Program-made: the position numbers and the translations under genes
From: Candidatus Omnitrophota bacterium
Lineage (GTDB): Bacteria > Omnitrophota > Gorgyraeia > Zapsychrales > Aceulaceae
Assembly (NCBI GenBank): GCA_029564765.1
Contig: JAKQPK010000050.1
Span: 146,977-210,976, forward strand
Length of the DNA stretch: 64,000 bases
Direction of reading: 5' to 3'
Part shown: positions 50,173-59,692 of the stretch, piece after piece
How positions within the stretch are numbered: position 1 is the stretch's first letter
Layout: the number at the start of each line of letters is the position of its first letter
Notes under the pieces: model-generated
The model's input: the letters and a program-made list of their open reading frames with translations, nothing else
Told to the model about the DNA's origin: nothing
Database searches by the model: none

Positions 50173-50247
50173 GTCTTTCCCTCGCGAACGCTTATGTTGT
50201 CTTGATTATAACTCTTTTTTGATCAAAACAAAAAACTGTTTTGAAAA

Positions 50248-50898
50248 TTATCGCGGAAGGCCAACTGGTTGCACCAAAATAATATGCTGAGAAGGCTTAA
50301 GCCTCATGGTACTCTTCAGGGCTTCTTTATCTACCCATCCTATCGCAACTGTAGCTAAATTCTCGGCAGCGCAGAATAAATAAACATTCTGGCTGATATA
50401 TCCAGTATCGATCCAGGCATATGACATCTTCTCGCTTTCCGATCCACTTAGACGGCTAAGATCTGCGACAAAAATAAGGCTTAATGGCGCATCTTTAACA
50501 AAGCCTTGTATACCGACCACAGCACGGATATCCTGATCGAACACAGGGTCTAACTGATGCGCCTTGGCATTATAAAGATAAAGGCCATCTCGCACTGCCA
50601 CGTACACGTCTATTTCTTGGGCATTTTTTGCTGTAGGCGCCGTGCGTTTGCCGGAATCAGGACGGTTGACGCCACTGGCTGCCCACAACAGGTCGGAAAT
50701 GACCTGAAGCGAAAGATCATCTTTCTTAAACTCCCGGATTGATCTTCTTTGAGAAAGGGCTGCCATAAGGGTCGCGGACGAAGAAAGCCTTGGCTTCAAA
50801 AGAGAAACGGTAGAGGGCCTTTTCTGTTCTTGGGCATCAGCCAAAGAACATAATGAACATATGATGATCACAACCGATAGAAATTTTATGGTTTTCAT
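50248..50898 (-). CDS. Nitroreductase (SagB/ThcOx-like) with signal peptide
   Basis: Signal peptide ending ADA-Q; RRSIR, RTAPTAKNAQE, DTGYISQNVYL. ATG overlaps the batE stop (ATGA). Confidence 0.85.
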   Translation of the reverse strand: MKTIKFLSVVIIICSLCSLADAQEQKRPSTVSLLKPRLSSSATLMAALSQRRSIREFKKDDLSLQVISDLLWAASGVNRPDSGKRTAPTAKNAQEIDVYVAVRDGLYLYNAKAHQLDPVFDQDIRAVVGIQGFVKDAPLSLIFVADLSRLSGSESEKMSYAWIDTGYISQNVYLFCAAENLATVAIGWVDKEALKSTMRLKPSQHIILVQPVGLPR

Positions 50899-51683
50899 GA
50901 CATCCCTTTCCGTGAAATGCTTCGGCTTAACAACTTCTCGAATGCTGAAACGTTTATCCATCCTATCTTGCCATCAAAACGCTTTACCTTGGCCCAATCG
51001 CCTTCAATGCGAATAACAAAAACTTTCTCCCCGGCTATAAGCCTAAAATGTTCGGTTGCCTGATCCTTGGGCTCAAATCGCGCCTGCGTATCGCCTAAGA
51101 TCACGGCTGTCCTTACCAGATCATGGGATTTGTTTATCCATATCGACACCTGTCCAAAGACCAGCACAGCGACAAAAGTAACGACAACCCACCGCTTATT
51201 AAAAGAAAGGCGAAAGGCTTCGGCGAAGATGACAACGATCCCAAGGACCACACAAAAAAGAACTGAGATCCACATCATCTCTCTTGCCGTGAACATATCC
51301 TGATATGATCGGATGATCCTTTCGACGAAAGGAACTTCTTGCGCTACAGGCTTCTGGGGCGATAAAGATAACGCATAATCAAGGTTGGCCTGCAGGTCAG
51401 AATCGCGTGGGATAAAAAGCTTGGCTCTCTCATAGTTCAAGATAGATTTTCCTAGTTGCTGCAATTTAAAATAGCTATTACCCAAATTATAATAAAGTGC
51501 TCCGCCAACAATTCCTTGGCCCAATATTTCTTCATAAAAAATAGCAGCTTGATGATAATCGCCTTGCTTGTATGATAGATTCGCCTCGTAAAACTTGACG
51601 GAAGGGTCCTCAAAAGCCCCTTGTGCACAAGAAAGCATACAGAGCGTAACGCAAAAAACCAAAATAGTAAAAGTTTTCTTCAT
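50895..51683 (-). CDS. batE: BatE-like TPR + TM + SH3 protein
   Basis: YYNLGNSYFK, AILNYERA-like SILNYERA, two TM helices, C-terminal SH3 (WAKV...GKIGWI). Confidence 0.8.
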   Translation of the reverse strand: MKKTFTILVFCVTLCMLSCAQGAFEDPSVKFYEANLSYKQGDYHQAAIFYEEILGQGIVGGALYYNLGNSYFKLQQLGKSILNYERAKLFIPRDSDLQANLDYALSLSPQKPVAQEVPFVERIIRSYQDMFTAREMMWISVLFCVVLGIVVIFAEAFRLSFNKRWVVVTFVAVLVFGQVSIWINKSHDLVRTAVILGDTQARFEPKDQATEHFRLIAGEKVFVIRIEGDWAKVKRFDGKIGWINVSAFEKLLSRSISRKGMS

Positions 51684-51684
51684 A

Positions 51685-53484
51685 TTACATTCTTTCGAAA
51701 CTATCAAGGATCTCTTTTAATAGTTGATAATCTTTTTGCAATGAAACGGCCTGTGCCGTTGTCGCGCCATAGCGGACCATTTCACAAGTAGACAACAATC
51801 CCTGGATCTGCCCCATTATGGTCAACGAAACATTATAAGGTAACAGGATGCCTTGGATCTCATGAGCCGTCACAACGCCCTCAGGAATAGAGAACTTTTC
51901 CGCAAAATACTTTTGCAAAACCTTGTATACGATATCATAAAATTCTTTGGTCTTCTGGGAGCGCAAACAATGCTCTGCCGCCCGAAGCCCTTCCCGAGCC
52001 TTGCGGGGGGCGCGCAAGCGCTTAGCATAACGAATATCGGTCTTGATCCTGATATTTCGCTTGAATACCATGATCCCAATACTGACCCCTGCCGCATACA
52101 ACGCAATAAAGATCCAGAATCCATGCAGATCTTTCGTCGGTGCATAAGATGAATAAAGAACCCCCGGTCTTTCTTTGATAAAAACAATGTCACGGCCGAT
52201 CACTTCAGACATATTCGATCTTTCCTGTAACGTTTCGACGATCGCCGCTTTCTTGCCAAAAGGTGCCGGATGGACAACGAGGCCAAAAGGGCCTTTTTCT
52301 AGGGCCACATATGTTTCCTTGTACGGGTCGAAATAAACAAATCGAATAACCGGGATACTCACGGCTTTCTCCGACTTAGGGATCAAAACCTGCTCAAGCG
52401 TTTTTGCATTGCCCTGCTGTTTGATCTGGGGGTCGTAAACCTTAAAGTCATCAGAATCCCGATACATCGGCATGTCAATGTTCTTCAGATCGCCATTCCC
52501 AGAAATTGTTATCTTGATCGTCACGGGATCGCCAACGTAAACATCCAGAGGGCTTGCGGACATCTGAAGATCAAATCGGCCAACCGCCGAACCAAAGCCT
52601 TCTGGAGCGCCATTTGGAAGTGGCAAAACTTCGACCACCTGCTCCTGTGAGCGTAAGCTGACGGGATATTTTTCATAATTCCCGAAAAAACTCTCGAACA
52701 GATCATCTGAAAATCCACCAAATAAGGACGAACCGCGAGATGCCCTGCGATGAACAACGTTACAGTCCAAACGCGCCGGCTCGAAGGTGAACACCCCGCT
52801 TTGCGCAGGATACGCGACAGTCTTGAATTCCACAACATCATACGAAACGCCCTCGCGAACATCCTGGTACTGCGTTGGCCTTTCGAAATCTTCGATCTCA
52901 AAATTATCCTGTTTTAATACAGGAAATTGGATATCCGCTAAGGAAATATTATTTGCGTAAAGCTTGATCGTGATAGGCAATGGCTCTGCGACATAAACCT
53001 TTTCCTTGGAAAACTCCAGAGCCAAGAAGGCTTTTTCTTTAATGTCTGCGGATCTTCCAATATCATAAACAGCGCTCGTATGGCCCTCTAAAGGAGCAGA
53101 CTCTAAGATCTCTACCTCGATAGGCTGCGTTTCATATTGTGTTCCGTTGATCGTCATGCTGAATGCTGGGATCGTTAGCAAACCAGTCTTCTGAGGGTAT
53201 AAGATATATTTCTGAGAAACAGAAGAAGACTGCTGCCCATTAATAATGGAAATGCTAGTGGATGGCCCTACATAGCGCGATCTAAAACCATCAATATCAG
53301 GCAGCTGGACTGCAGAGGCGTTCTGCACGCCGGTCACCGTCAGGTCCAAAATGATCGTTGAGTCAAGCCCAGCTTTCTTTCTATCTACGCTAGCCCGAAA
53401 ACTAATATCCTGCCCAAAAACATGCACATCAAAAAAAAGCACGGAAATAAAGATCAAAGAAAAGATCGTCCATCGCGACTTCAT
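51685..53484 (-). CDS. batD: BatD family protein
   Basis: Signal peptide, SISIING, YVAEP, SAVGRF, ISGNGDL, YFDP, DIVFIK, C-terminal TM. Confidence 0.85.
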   Translation of the reverse strand: MKSRWTIFSLIFISVLFFDVHVFGQDISFRASVDRKKAGLDSTIILDLTVTGVQNASAVQLPDIDGFRSRYVGPSTSISIINGQQSSSVSQKYILYPQKTGLLTIPAFSMTINGTQYETQPIEVEILESAPLEGHTSAVYDIGRSADIKEKAFLALEFSKEKVYVAEPLPITIKLYANNISLADIQFPVLKQDNFEIEDFERPTQYQDVREGVSYDVVEFKTVAYPAQSGVFTFEPARLDCNVVHRRASRGSSLFGGFSDDLFESFFGNYEKYPVSLRSQEQVVEVLPLPNGAPEGFGSAVGRFDLQMSASPLDVYVGDPVTIKITISGNGDLKNIDMPMYRDSDDFKVYDPQIKQQGNAKTLEQVLIPKSEKAVSIPVIRFVYFDPYKETYVALEKGPFGLVVHPAPFGKKAAIVETLQERSNMSEVIGRDIVFIKERPGVLYSSYAPTKDLHGFWIFIALYAAGVSIGIMVFKRNIRIKTDIRYAKRLRAPRKAREGLRAAEHCLRSQKTKEFYDIVYKVLQKYFAEKFSIPEGVVTAHEIQGILLPYNVSLTIMGQIQGLLSTCEMVRYGATTAQAVSLQKDYQLLKEILDSFERM

Positions 53485-53489
53485 AAGGC

Positions 53490-54407
53490 CTACCAATCTT
53501 TCTCTACTGTATTATCCTGTGACGGTTTTCTCAAAAGATAAAACATCCCCTGCGGTTCTTCATTTTGCTGATAGTTAGCGATCGCGGCTTCTGCTTGCTT
53601 TCTCGTCATGGGCCCTGCCCCTTCAGAAGAACCTTGCGCGCCTTGACTGACACGACTTTCAGGGCCGTCCTTCGCAGAAGACTGAGCACCTTGATCGTCT
53701 TGCGATGGATCGCCTGATCGCTGCTGATCCTCGCTTGACGATGAAGCCGAAGGACCTTCTTGTTCTTTCTTCTGATCCTGATCGCGGGACTGCGGCTGCC
53801 CTTGTTGCTGGCCATCCGCCTTGTTGTCTTGCGGCTGGCCTTGCTGTTCATCCTCTCGTTGCTTGTCTTGCGAAGAACTTTCTTTCTTTGGCAAGGGACA
53901 ATTGCTGCTTTGTTGTTCTTTCTTCTGCCTTAGCTGTTCGAGCTCCTTCTGAACAAACGTGTAGTTATGTTGCGCGTCTTCATCTTTGCTGTCAAGATCA
54001 ATGGATCTTTGAAAATGCGAAAGGCTTCTTTCAAGATCAGCGATCGCGCCATCGATATCTGCCTGCTCGCGGTTCTTTCCCTTCTGGTAAAAAGCATTTC
54101 CTAAATTATATGCTGTCTTTTGCTGCAAGTTGGTATCTTCGGTCAACAAAGCCTGCTGTAAATGCGCGATCGCTCCCTGATAATCCTGCTGTTGATACAG
54201 CGTTGTACCAATATTAAAATTGATAATATCAGAGTCCGGATCTTTTTCAAATGCTTTCTGGTAACTCTCAAGCGCTGCCGCATAATCCCCCTTGCGATAC
54301 TGCCTGTTGCCTGTGCGCACGAAACTGGATTGTCCCGCAAAGACTGAATCCGGCCATACCGCACCCAGAAAGCACAACAAAAAAAGGAAGGTCCAGAACT
54401 TTTTCAT
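53490..54407 (-). CDS. batC: BatC-like TPR protein with Q/S/D-rich tail
   Basis: GNRQYRKGDY, FNIG, AYNLGN TPRs; low-complexity linker; C-terminal EKDW. Confidence 0.8.
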   Translation of the reverse strand: MKKFWTFLFLLCFLGAVWPDSVFAGQSSFVRTGNRQYRKGDYAAALESYQKAFEKDPDSDIINFNIGTTLYQQQDYQGAIAHLQQALLTEDTNLQQKTAYNLGNAFYQKGKNREQADIDGAIADLERSLSHFQRSIDLDSKDEDAQHNYTFVQKELEQLRQKKEQQSSNCPLPKKESSSQDKQREDEQQGQPQDNKADGQQQGQPQSRDQDQKKEQEGPSASSSSEDQQRSGDPSQDDQGAQSSAKDGPESRVSQGAQGSSEGAGPMTRKQAEAAIANYQQNEEPQGMFYLLRKPSQDNTVEKDW

Positions 54408-55402
54408 TCCATCCTCGAGATGATCATTTCAAACCACAGCAAGAATGTTGCCAAGGCCAAAGGAATTTGAAAGCGATCAACATAATGTTTTTTCATTTTG
54501 TCATCAATATCACGTTTTTCCATAACGGCTAAACGTGACTGATAAATATATTCTAAACCAAAATCCGCTCCGCTCGCCCGAACATACGCGCCATCGGTCT
54601 CAAGTGCGATCTGTTGAAGCGTGGATTCATCTAAGCGTGTTTTAACGAAATTGCCAGACTTGTCTTTCAAAAACTCTTTTTCACCTTTCTCGTTGGTAAC
54701 GCGGATCAACTCTCCTTCTTGCGTTCCTATGCCTATGCAAAAGATCCTGATATTTTTCTGACGCGCCTGTTGGGCTGCCTGCACAGGATCTCCCTGCAAA
54801 TTCTCGCCATCAGTGATAAGGATCACATTCTTATACTGGCTGGGAACATTTACATATCCCTTGACAGACTCTTCTATGGCTTTGGCAAGCGCCGTTCCTC
54901 CCTGCGAGATCGTGTGCGGCCCGACATCCTCAAGCGCTAAGAGAAATCCGCCGTAATCGTTGGTCAAAGGACAAGCTAAAAAGGCCGTACTCGAAAACGC
55001 CACAAGACCGATCCGGTCTCCTTTCAATTTTTTAATAAGGTCCTTAACGGCGAGCTTTGCTCTCTGAAGACGATTGGGTTTTACATCTTTGGCAAGCATG
55101 CTTTTTGAAACATCAAGCGCTACAATGATGTCGATTCCCTGGCGCTTAACTTCCACCCATCGGAATCCCCATTGAGGCCGCGCCAAAGCAACACACGAAA
55201 GAACAAAGATAGTCATGAGCAACAAGCGTCGTGTAACATCTTTTGGAAATCGCGCAGCGGGGGTGATCTCCTTGAGCAAATGCTTTTCGGCAAATCTCCC
55301 TTGAAGATCTTTTTTGCGTTCCGCAGCCCACCAAAAAAAGACCACTAAAGGCAACACAAGCCACAAAAGATTTAACAAATGTATATCAACCCATTGAATC
55401 AT
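54404..55402 (-). CDS. batB: BatB-like VWA domain membrane protein
   Basis: ALARPQWG, MIDAS DVSKSM, PNRL, PLTND, ITDGE. Confidence 0.85.
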   Translation of the reverse strand: MIQWVDIHLLNLLWLVLPLVVFFWWAAERKKDLQGRFAEKHLLKEITPAARFPKDVTRRLLLMTIFVLSCVALARPQWGFRWVEVKRQGIDIIVALDVSKSMLAKDVKPNRLQRAKLAVKDLIKKLKGDRIGLVAFSSTAFLACPLTNDYGGFLLALEDVGPHTISQGGTALAKAIEESVKGYVNVPSQYKNVILITDGENLQGDPVQAAQQARQKNIRIFCIGIGTQEGELIRVTNEKGEKEFLKDKSGNFVKTRLDESTLQQIALETDGAYVRASGADFGLEYIYQSRLAVMEKRDIDDKMKKHYVDRFQIPLALATFLLWFEMIISRME

Positions 55403-55403
55403 A

Positions 55404-56405
55404 TTAAGGAATTTTAACCAACCATGTGTTCGATAAAATAAGATCAGCAAAAAGCATCAACAGCGCTACGATAAGCACGGCTGGAAATAACTGCCGATAT
55501 TCACGGTATCCGGTTTGCTGCATTTCGCTTTTTTCCATTTGATCGATCTCTGCATAGATCGCCTTTAAAGTTTCCGTATCTTTAGCCCAAAAGTACTTTC
55601 CGCCTGTCAGCATAGCGATCTCTTGAAGCGTTGCATCATCGATGTTGATCTCCACGTTCTGATAGGCACGCCGCCCCCAGAAATCCTGGATCGGAAATGG
55701 CACAGGACCTTTGGATCCGGCACCGATCGTATAAACACGGATACCCATCGCCTGAGCGATATTTGCTGCGGCTATGGGAGCTATCTTTCCGGCATTATTA
55801 ATACCATCCGTTAAAAGGATCACGATCCTGCTTTTGGCGCTGCTTGCCTTCAATCGAGCCGTGGAAGATGCCAAAGCTGAACCGATCGCTGTCCCGTCTT
55901 CCATCATGCCCAGCTGAATACGATCTAGATTATCCAAAAGCCATTCTTGATCAAAAGTCAAAGGGCATACGGTATAGGCAAACTGAGAAAAGACCACAAG
56001 ACCGATCCGGTCGTTATTCCGTTTACGGATAAAATCACGTACAATATGCTTAACGGCCGTCAAGCGATTCACGCGCTGACCATCAATCTTAAAATCTTCC
56101 GCCGCCATGCTGCCCGAAGCGTCGATCGCTAAAACGATGTCGATACCATCAGTCTTGTACCGCGCCTCATCAAGGATTTGCTGAGGGCCAGCTAAGGCGA
56201 TCACAAAAAGAGCAAGTGCAAAAATCCTTCCCCAATAAAGATGCGCTGATAACCACGCCTTGAATCCTCCCGAAACAGGAGCAAGCAATAGTGATGAGGA
56301 AAATTGCAACGCAGTTTCTTTCTTGCGACCATGCCACCAGATCAAGGATCCAACAACAAAAGGGATCAGCAACAAAATCCAAGGGCTCTTAAACGTGAGG
56401 CTCAC
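55404..56405 (-). CDS. batA: BatA-like VWA domain membrane protein
   Basis: ALAGPQ, MIDAS DASGSM, DGTAIG, LLTDGINN, TGGKYF. Confidence 0.87.
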   Translation of the reverse strand: MSLTFKSPWILLLIPFVVGSLIWWHGRKKETALQFSSSLLLAPVSGGFKAWLSAHLYWGRIFALALFVIALAGPQQILDEARYKTDGIDIVLAIDASGSMAAEDFKIDGQRVNRLTAVKHIVRDFIRKRNNDRIGLVVFSQFAYTVCPLTFDQEWLLDNLDRIQLGMMEDGTAIGSALASSTARLKASSAKSRIVILLTDGINNAGKIAPIAAANIAQAMGIRVYTIGAGSKGPVPFPIQDFWGRRAYQNVEINIDDATLQEIAMLTGGKYFWAKDTETLKAIYAEIDQMEKSEMQQTGYREYRQLFPAVLIVALLMLFADLILSNTWLVKIP

Positions 56406-56931
56406 GGGGCATCGTCTCCTGTACTAATTTCTGCGCTAAATCAAAGCTATGCTCCATCTCATTAATATCAGAGCGGTATTTAGCGAACTTCACCAGATCA
56501 CACGATCCTAAAAAATCTTTCAAGCTGTCTTTCTGCGCGGTTGTAAGATTAGCGGAAAATCGCAATGAATATAGGAATTCTTCGGTTGTCATCTCCGGAG
56601 CCCGTAACGCTAAAGAATCCTCTAAATAATGGCGGACAATGTCAGAAAGAATGGAATAATACTCTTTGACCCTGCCTGCTGTTGGTAGATTTTGCGCGCG
56701 CAGATCCCCCAATCTTTGTAAGGCGATCGCATAGGCTGGTAACACGACAGCAGCGCAAGATCTTGGCCCTCGAGAGCGGAAGGATCTAAAAAGAAAATAA
56801 ACGAGAACGCCTGCGATCAAGAAGCCCGCGAGGATCCACAGCAAAGCAAGGTGGGACGGCAAGGCTATTGGCGGTTTGACCGCGCGCAATCCTTCAAGCT
56901 CTTGAGCAAAGCTTTCCTTTAAAAATAGCAT
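56389..56931 (-). CDS. Conserved single-TM protein of moxR-bat operons (DUF4381-like)
   Basis: VKPP, TM helix, YYSILSDIVRHYLE, EMTTEE, DLVKFAK. Confidence 0.75.
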   Translation of the reverse strand: MLFLKESFAQELEGLRAVKPPIALPSHLALLWILAGFLIAGVLVYFLFRSFRSRGPRSCAAVVLPAYAIALQRLGDLRAQNLPTAGRVKEYYSILSDIVRHYLEDSLALRAPEMTTEEFLYSLRFSANLTTAQKDSLKDFLGSCDLVKFAKYRSDINEMEHSFDLAQKLVQETMPREPHV

Positions 56932-56935
56932 ATGG

Positions 56936-57826
56936 TCATCGAAAACGTTTTTTGCGTTTTACAAAAAATTTTACCAACTCTGGAGCAAAAGGCTTATCCG
57001 TAAAAATATGAACGGCGTCCACTCCTACGCTGCGAAAAAGATCCTCTCGCAATTGAGCACGCTTAAGGGCGTTCTCTCGATAGCGCTGGCGCACAAGGCG
57101 GTCACCCGAATCAACACTAAAGCGCTTGCCGGTTTCAGCATCTTGAAGCTCAAGCAAGCCGCAGTCCGGCAGGTCGAATTCTTTAGGATCGTTCAGGGTG
57201 ATCGCAATGACATCATGTCTCTTATTGGCGATCGTCAGGCCCTGTCTCAAAGTGTCTGCGATATCCTGATCAAAAAAATCCGAGATCATAAAGGCGACGC
57301 TTCGACGACGCGCTACCTTGCTCAAAAATTCCAACGCCTGATTGATGTTCGTTCCTCGACCCTGAGGCTTAAAATATAAAACTTCTCTGATGACGCGCAG
57401 AACATGCTGAAGCCCTTTGCGGGGAGGAATAAATTTCTCTATTTTCTCAGTAAAGATAAGAAGGCCAACCTTATCATTATTTTTTACTGCCGAGAACGCC
57501 AAAACCGCGGCGATCTCAGCAGCTAGCTTGCTTTTTAGTTCTTGAGTTGTCGCAAAATGGCATGAGCGAGAAGCGTCAACGACGAGCATGACCGTCATCT
57601 CGCGCTCTTCAATGAATTTTTTGATATGGGGACGTCCTGTGCGCGCGGTCACATTCCAGTCGATCATACGGATATCGTCACCGGGCTGATACTCGCGCAC
57701 CTCATCAAACTCCACGCCTTGGCCCTTAAAAACACTGTGGTAGGCGCCCGCAAAAACATCTGTGGCCAGCCGTTTGGTCGTAATTTCAATTCGCCGGATC
57801 TTTGTAAAAATGTCTTTTGGGATCAT
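56936..57826 (-). CDS. DUF58 domain protein
   Basis: FKGQGVEFDEVREYQPGDD, IDWNVTAR, EERE, ISDF. Confidence 0.93.
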   Translation of the reverse strand: MIPKDIFTKIRRIEITTKRLATDVFAGAYHSVFKGQGVEFDEVREYQPGDDIRMIDWNVTARTGRPHIKKFIEEREMTVMLVVDASRSCHFATTQELKSKLAAEIAAVLAFSAVKNNDKVGLLIFTEKIEKFIPPRKGLQHVLRVIREVLYFKPQGRGTNINQALEFLSKVARRRSVAFMISDFFDQDIADTLRQGLTIANKRHDVIAITLNDPKEFDLPDCGLLELQDAETGKRFSVDSGDRLVRQRYRENALKRAQLREDLFRSVGVDAVHIFTDKPFAPELVKFFVKRKKRFR

Positions 57827-57847
57827 AAGACACTCGTGAGCGGAAAA

Positions 57848-58846
57848 TTAAGGAACTTCAACAGCTTCAAAGATACGCTTAATGATATCCTCTGGTGTTT
57901 TTTCTTCCGCCTCGGCCTCATAGGTCGGGATAACCCTGTGCCGTAGGACGTCCATGCCGATGGATTTCACGTCTTGCGGCGTAACATATCCACGGCCTTG
58001 TAGAAAAGCATAGGCTTTAGAGGCCACCGCTAGATAGATCGTCGCGCGCGGTGATGCTCCATATTGGATCAGGCCTTTGAGGTCTGCCAACTGATAATCC
58101 GCAGGCTTACGGGTTGCCTCAACAAGATCAACAATATAATGCTCGATCTTTTCATCCATGTAGGTCTCGTCAACAACATGACGCAAACGTATAATGTCTT
58201 GCGGAGTGATCATCTTCTTGATATCAAATGATTTTTCTGTAAAAGACATGCGCTTAAGGATCTTTAATTCTTCATCCTTGGACGGATACTGTATCTTGAC
58301 CTTCAACATGAAACGGTCCACCTGAGCTTCCGGCAAAGGATACGTCCCTTCCTGCTCGATCGGATTTTGCGTCGCGAGGACCAAAAAAGGATCATCGAGC
58401 TTCAACGTTTCCTCTCCGATAGTCACCTGACGCTCCTGCATGGCTTCCAGCAGCGCGCTTTGGGCCTTAGCAGGGGCTCGATTGATCTCATCAGCAAGAA
58501 TGATGTTCGCGAACACAGGGCCTTTCTTGATCGAAAAAGTAGAAGTTTTTGGTTCATAAATAACCGTGCCGGTAAGGTCGGCCGGTAACATATCTGGAGT
58601 GAACTGAACACGGTGAAATTTAGCCTGAATGATCTGGGCAAGGACCTTGATCGCTGTTGTCTTGGCCAGACCAGGAACACCTTCGATCAAAATATGTCCA
58701 TTCGCTAACAGACCGACCAGCAATCGGTCGAGCAAATACCTCTGGCCAACGATCACTTTTTGCATTTCAAACAAAATGCCTTCAATGAACGCGCCTTCTT
58801 TTTTAGCTTTCTCATTGAGAAGAGTAATATCGTTATGCTCCGTCAT
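57848..58846 (-). CDS. moxR: MoxR family AAA+ ATPase
   Basis: EGVPGLAKT, QFTPDMLPAD, ADEINRA, ATQNPIEQEGTYPLPEAQVDRF. Confidence 0.96.
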   Translation of the reverse strand: MTEHNDITLLNEKAKKEGAFIEGILFEMQKVIVGQRYLLDRLLVGLLANGHILIEGVPGLAKTTAIKVLAQIIQAKFHRVQFTPDMLPADLTGTVIYEPKTSTFSIKKGPVFANIILADEINRAPAKAQSALLEAMQERQVTIGEETLKLDDPFLVLATQNPIEQEGTYPLPEAQVDRFMLKVKIQYPSKDEELKILKRMSFTEKSFDIKKMITPQDIIRLRHVVDETYMDEKIEHYIVDLVEATRKPADYQLADLKGLIQYGASPRATIYLAVASKAYAFLQGRGYVTPQDVKSIGMDVLRHRVIPTYEAEAEEKTPEDIIKRIFEAVEVP

Positions 58847-58861
58847 AACTTCCTCCCGTTT

Positions 58862-59671
58862 TTATTGATAAACACGAACGTAATCGATTTCCATCCGCTG
58901 CGGAAAAATGCTATCGTCGATCCCTCGCCGCCCACCCCAAGACCCTCCGACAGCAACATTCATCAACAAATAAAATTCCTTATTAAAAGGCCAGTAACGC
59001 CAGCTATTTTTGCGCTGGGCCACAGTAAAATACTTCTTTCCATCAATAAAGAAATCGATCCTTTTAGGATACCATTCGATCGCGTAGACATGAAACTCCT
59101 GCTCTGCGTCAGCAACAGTGATCGTCCGTGTTTCCGGTTTACCATTACGAAAATTATGCTGAAATGTGTGCACCGATCCGGTCACTTCTCCCGGAGCGTA
59201 CCCCACATATTCCATGATGTCGATCTCACCGCTATCAGGCCAATAATTCTTTCCATAATTCCACTTGTCTGGAAGCATCCAGATCGCGGGCCAAATGCCG
59301 CGCCCTGAAGGAAGCTTGGCGCGCACTTCAAAGCGGCCATAAAGCCACTGCGCACGTCCTTTTGTCTTAAGGCGCGCGGAAGTATATTGTCTTCTGCCGG
59401 AACCATCACGTCGCGCTTCAATGATCAGATTGCCATTCTCGACACGCGCGTTCTCTGGCCGAGCATTTGTATAGCACTGCGCTTCATTATTCCCCCAACC
59501 CGTGCACCCTTCATCGTAATCCCATTTCTTTGAATCAGGAGCCCCGGTGTAATCAAACTCATCCGACCACACAAGCTTCCATTCTTTATTTCCTTCTTGG
59601 GCCAAAGATCGAACGGATAGAACGCTTGCCAAAACCAAGATAGCGACAAAAATAATACGCACTATTCTCAT
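58862..59671 (-). CDS. Exported GH16 endo-beta-1,3-glucanase (laminarinase-like)
   Basis: Signal peptide; LVWSDEF, WGNNE, YTSARL, WPAIWML, catalytic GEIDIME. Confidence 0.92.
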   Translation of the reverse strand: MRIVRIIFVAILVLASVLSVRSLAQEGNKEWKLVWSDEFDYTGAPDSKKWDYDEGCTGWGNNEAQCYTNARPENARVENGNLIIEARRDGSGRRQYTSARLKTKGRAQWLYGRFEVRAKLPSGRGIWPAIWMLPDKWNYGKNYWPDSGEIDIMEYVGYAPGEVTGSVHTFQHNFRNGKPETRTITVADAEQEFHVYAIEWYPKRIDFFIDGKKYFTVAQRKNSWRYWPFNKEFYLLMNVAVGGSWGGRRGIDDSIFPQRMEIDYVRVYQ

Positions 59672-59692
59672 AGACCTCTCCCTTGCGATGGG

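Noticed and set aside
53790-53850. Imperfect repeat encoding QQGQPQ twice, and the long antisense ORF 53705-54217
   Set aside because: This is the ordinary low-complexity linker of BatC-type proteins; the antisense ORF is a shadow
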